Part shown: one piece after another, positions 61,510-64,000 of the stretch | How the letters are laid out: each line of letters starts with the position of its first letter | Position numbering within the stretch: the stretch's first letter is position 1 | Assembly (NCBI GenBank): GCA_028412835.1 | Contig: JAONQW010000005.1 | Span: 7,235-71,234, forward strand | Length of the DNA: 64,000 nucleotides | From: Candidatus Pelagibacterales bacterium | Lineage (GTDB): Bacteria; Pseudomonadota; Alphaproteobacteria; Pelagibacterales; AG-422-B15 | Direction: 5' to 3' | Translations under genes and position numbers: made by a program | Notes under the pieces: model-generated | Databases searched by the model: none | The model's input: the letters and a program-made list of their open reading frames with translations, nothing else | What the model was told of the DNA's origin: nothing

Positions 61510-62175
61510 TTACCCTAAACTATTTGGAGATTTTTCATGAGGAACATTCTCATCAATATCACCTTTATAAATCCATACTTTGATTCCACAAGCACCATAT
61601 GTGGTTGCCGCTGTTGACTCTGCATAATCTACATTTGCTCTAAATGTATGAAGTGGAACTCGACCTTCACGATACCATTCAGTTCTTGCAATTTCAGTTC
61701 CACCAAGCCTACCGCCACAGTTTACTCTAATACCTTCAGCACCCAATCTCATAGCTGATTGAACTGATCTCTTCATTGCCCGTCTAAAAGATACTCTTCG
61801 TTCTAATTGTTCCGCAATATTATCTGCTATCAATTGCGCTTCAACTTCGGGTTTTCTAATTTCAACTAAATTAATCGACACATCTTGACCAGTAAAAGAA
61901 GATATTTTCTTTTTAAGTTTTTCAATATCACTCCCTTTTTTACCAATAATTAGACCTGGTCTAGCAGTAAAGATTGTAATTTGAGCTTTTTTAGCTGGTC
62001 TTTCAATTTCAATTTTAGCAACACCACACTTCTTTAAGCTAGTATTTAAAAAATTTCTAATCTTAATATCTTCTTGAAGATATTTACCAAAATCTTTTTT
62101 ATTAGCAAACCATTTAGATTGCCATTTCTTATTTAAACTAAGTCTAAGACCAATTGGATTAACTTTTTGACCCAT
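61510..62175 (-). CDS. rpsC: 30S ribosomal protein S3
   Basis: [18 protein letters not shown]. Confidence 0.99.
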   Translation of the reverse strand: MGQKVNPIGLRLSLNKKWQSKWFANKKDFGKYLQEDIKIRNFLNTSLKKCGVAKIEIERPAKKAQITIFTARPGLIIGKKGSDIEKLKKKISSFTGQDVSINLVEIRKPEVEAQLIADNIAEQLERRVSFRRAMKRSVQSAMRLGAEGIRVNCGGRLGGTEIARTEWYREGRVPLHTFRANVDYAESTAATTYGACGIKVWIYKGDIDENVPHEKSPNSLG

Positions 62176-62180
62176 AATAA

Positions 62181-62561
62181 CTATTTACTTTCCTCTTTAT
62201 CATTCTGAACTTCTGCAACTTTAATCGTAATATTGCTAAGAAATTTTTCAATTTTTCCTGGACGTCCTTTTGCACGGGCTCTCCATCTTTTCATGACCAT
62301 GCCTTTGCCACAATAAGCCTCAGAAACTTTTAAAATATCTAGATCTAACTGATGATTATTTTCAGCATTTGCAGCTGCACTGCTTAAAATTTTATAAATA
62401 TCTTGTGCAATGGCTCTTTTAGAAAACTTGAGTATATTTTGAGCATCTTTGACTCTTTTCCCACGAATAGTATCCAAAACAATACTGGCTTTTCTAGGAC
62501 TAACTCTTACGTTTTTTCCAATTGCAAATGCCTCGTTATCTTTTCTGTGTAAATTTTTCAT
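62181..62561 (-). CDS. rplV: 50S ribosomal protein L22
   Basis: [22 protein letters not shown]. Confidence 0.98.
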   Translation of the reverse strand: MKNLHRKDNEAFAIGKNVRVSPRKASIVLDTIRGKRVKDAQNILKFSKRAIAQDIYKILSSAAANAENNHQLDLDILKVSEAYCGKGMVMKRWRARAKGRPGKIEKFLSNITIKVAEVQNDKEESK

Positions 62562-62563
62562 AC

Positions 62564-62839
62564 TTATTTTTTAGTTTTCTTATCCGCTGTATGGCCAAAA
62601 AATGTTCTCGTTGGTGAAAATTCTCCTAGCTTATGCCCAACCATGTCTTCCGTTACGTTAACTGGAATAAATTTTTTACCATTATGTACTGCAAAACTTA
62701 AACCGATAAATTCAGGCAATATTGTAGATCTTCGTGACCAAGTCTTTATGACTTCATTTCTTGAAGAGTCAGATGCCTTCTGAACTTTTTTTAATAAATG
62801 ACCATCTACAAATGGTCCTTTCCATATTGATCTAGACAT
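62564..62839 (-). CDS. rpsS: 30S ribosomal protein S19
   Basis: [27 protein letters not shown]. Confidence 0.99.
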   Translation of the reverse strand: MSRSIWKGPFVDGHLLKKVQKASDSSRNEVIKTWSRRSTILPEFIGLSFAVHNGKKFIPVNVTEDMVGHKLGEFSPTRTFFGHTADKKTKK

Positions 62840-62842
62840 ACC

Positions 62843-63688
62843 TTAGACTTCTATCCTTGCTTTCTTATCTGTTTTTCTTTTAATAATATATTTGTCAGTC
62901 CGTTTATTACTTCTTGTTTTTTTGCCCTTTGTAGGTTTTCCCCATGGAGTAACTGGATGTCTACCACCAGAAGTTTTACCTTCACCACCACCATGTGGAT
63001 GGTCAATAGGATTCATTGCAACGCCACGAACAGAAGGTCTTTTTCCTAACCATCTATTTCTTCCAGCTTTACCAAGTTTCTGATTTTTTTTATCAACATT
63101 TGATAGAATACCAACTGTAGCTCTACAATCTTCTAAAACTTTTCTTAATTCTCCAGATGGAAGCTTAATGCTTACATATCCATCAGATTTTCCAACAACT
63201 TGTAGGGCAGCACCAGCAGATCTTGCTAAAATTCCACCGCCACCAGGATTTAATTCAAGATTATGAATATCTATTCCAACAGGTATATACTTAATAAGCA
63301 TAGAGTTACCTGATTTAATCTCGACATCCTCACCTGAGATTATTTTTTCACCAGCTTTTACATCTTTTGGCGCAAGTATATAAGCCTGTTCACCATCTTC
63401 ATATTTAATAAGAGCTATATATGCAGTTCTATTTGGATCGTATTCAATTCTTTCTACTGTTGCAGCGATATCAAGTTTATTTCTCTTAAAGTCGATTAAC
63501 CTATATTTATTTTTATGGCCGCCTCCCTTATGTCTCATGGTAACTCGACCCTTATTGTTTCTTCCACCTGGCTTTGATAAACCAACAGTTAACTTCTTTA
63601 AAGGCTTGCCTTTCCAAAGACCTTTTCGATCAACTAATACTAGCTGTCTAGTTCCAGGCGTATTAGGTTTTGATTTAATTAATGCCAC
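62843..63688 (-). CDS. rplB: 50S ribosomal protein L2
   Basis: [25 protein letters not shown]; GTG start. Confidence 0.99.
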   Translation of the reverse strand: MALIKSKPNTPGTRQLVLVDRKGLWKGKPLKKLTVGLSKPGGRNNKGRVTMRHKGGGHKNKYRLIDFKRNKLDIAATVERIEYDPNRTAYIALIKYEDGEQAYILAPKDVKAGEKIISGEDVEIKSGNSMLIKYIPVGIDIHNLELNPGGGGILARSAGAALQVVGKSDGYVSIKLPSGELRKVLEDCRATVGILSNVDKKNQKLGKAGRNRWLGKRPSVRGVAMNPIDHPHGGGEGKTSGGRHPVTPWGKPTKGKKTRSNKRTDKYIIKRKTDKKARIEV

Positions 63689-63691
63689 TTA

Positions 63692-63985
63692 TTAAACTCC
63701 TGCACTCATATCAATACTTTGACCTTCTTGTAAGGTAACTATTGCTTTTTTAAAATTTGATCTTCTTCCAAGTGTACCTCTAAATGCTTTAAGTTTACCT
63801 TTGGTGGTTATAGTATTAACTTTTTTAACTTTAACTTTAAAAATATTCTCTACCGATTCTTTTATTTGTTTTTTGTTTGAATCAATTGCAACCTTAAAGG
63901 TAACTTGATTGTACTCTGAAATCATAGATGATTTCTCTGTAACAACAGGTTGAAGTAATGTTTTGTAGTTTTTAATTAGACTCAT
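63692..63985 (-). CDS. rplW: 50S ribosomal protein L23
   Basis: PVVTEKS, F.VKV..VNT, KKAIVTL. Confidence 0.98.
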   Translation of the reverse strand: MSLIKNYKTLLQPVVTEKSSMISEYNQVTFKVAIDSNKKQIKESVENIFKVKVKKVNTITTKGKLKAFRGTLGRRSNFKKAIVTLQEGQSIDMSAGV

Positions 63986-64000
63986 GACAGTACCTTTTTT
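63982..64000 (-). CDS. probable 3' tip of 50S ribosomal protein L4 (truncated by window)
   Basis: ..KKVLS-TGA overlapping rplW ATG; identity from S10 operon order only. Confidence 0.5.

Noticed and set aside
2046-63083. Many short ORFs from the track nested in or antisense to known genes (e.g. 2046-2294, 3008-3283, 7059-7382, 12127-12360, 43080-43556, 55940-56212, 62892-63083)
   Set aside because: Shadow frames of well-supported genes with no recognisable motifs
1-64000. CRISPR arrays, IS elements, prophage, toxin-antitoxin or defence systems, frameshifted pseudogenes
   Set aside because: Nearly every base is accounted for by intact housekeeping ORFs; the largest spacer is about 250 bp; no periodic repeats seen

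Overview
Very AT-rich, gene-dense core-chromosome segment of a streamlined, probably marine, alphaproteobacterium. Gene order is alphaproteobacterial; a SAR11/HIMB59-like assignment is only an inference from low GC, tiny intergenic spacers and a divergent L33. Contents: hom(5' end)-lipoprotein-argC-rpsI-rplM; riboswitch-controlled metY; heme A synthase; the rpiB-glyA-nrdR-rib-nusB-hppA / bamE / cbp3-plsX-ihfA-merR-rpmG block; hemB; the dapA-smpB-folK-spoT-pyrE-pdxJ-acpS-lepB-rnc-era-recO-parC-puuB-like run; slt; tRNA-Ser(GCT); gatCAB; ruvX-pyrB-plsY-topA; an ALDH-HAD-GDPD-panC-lipB-Fe/2OG dioxygenase run; pccBA; and most of the S10-spc-alpha ribosomal cluster. I saw no mobile elements, CRISPR arrays, prophage or defence genes, and no clearly novel multi-gene system. 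The best leads are: (1) a SAM-II-type aptamer coupled to an intrinsic terminator and followed by an SD-occluding hairpin upstream of metY; (2) several apparently leaderless promoters; (3) an IHF-like site over the ihfA -35; (4) a probable ATA start for ribD in frame with the nrdR stop; (5) clean absence of rpoZ, fabH, rpmF, thiL, pyrC and dprA from their usual positions; (6) a possible polyamine-to-beta-alanine-to-pantothenate link and an orphan BBOX/TmpA-like dioxygenase. All calls are by eye; no database searches were run.
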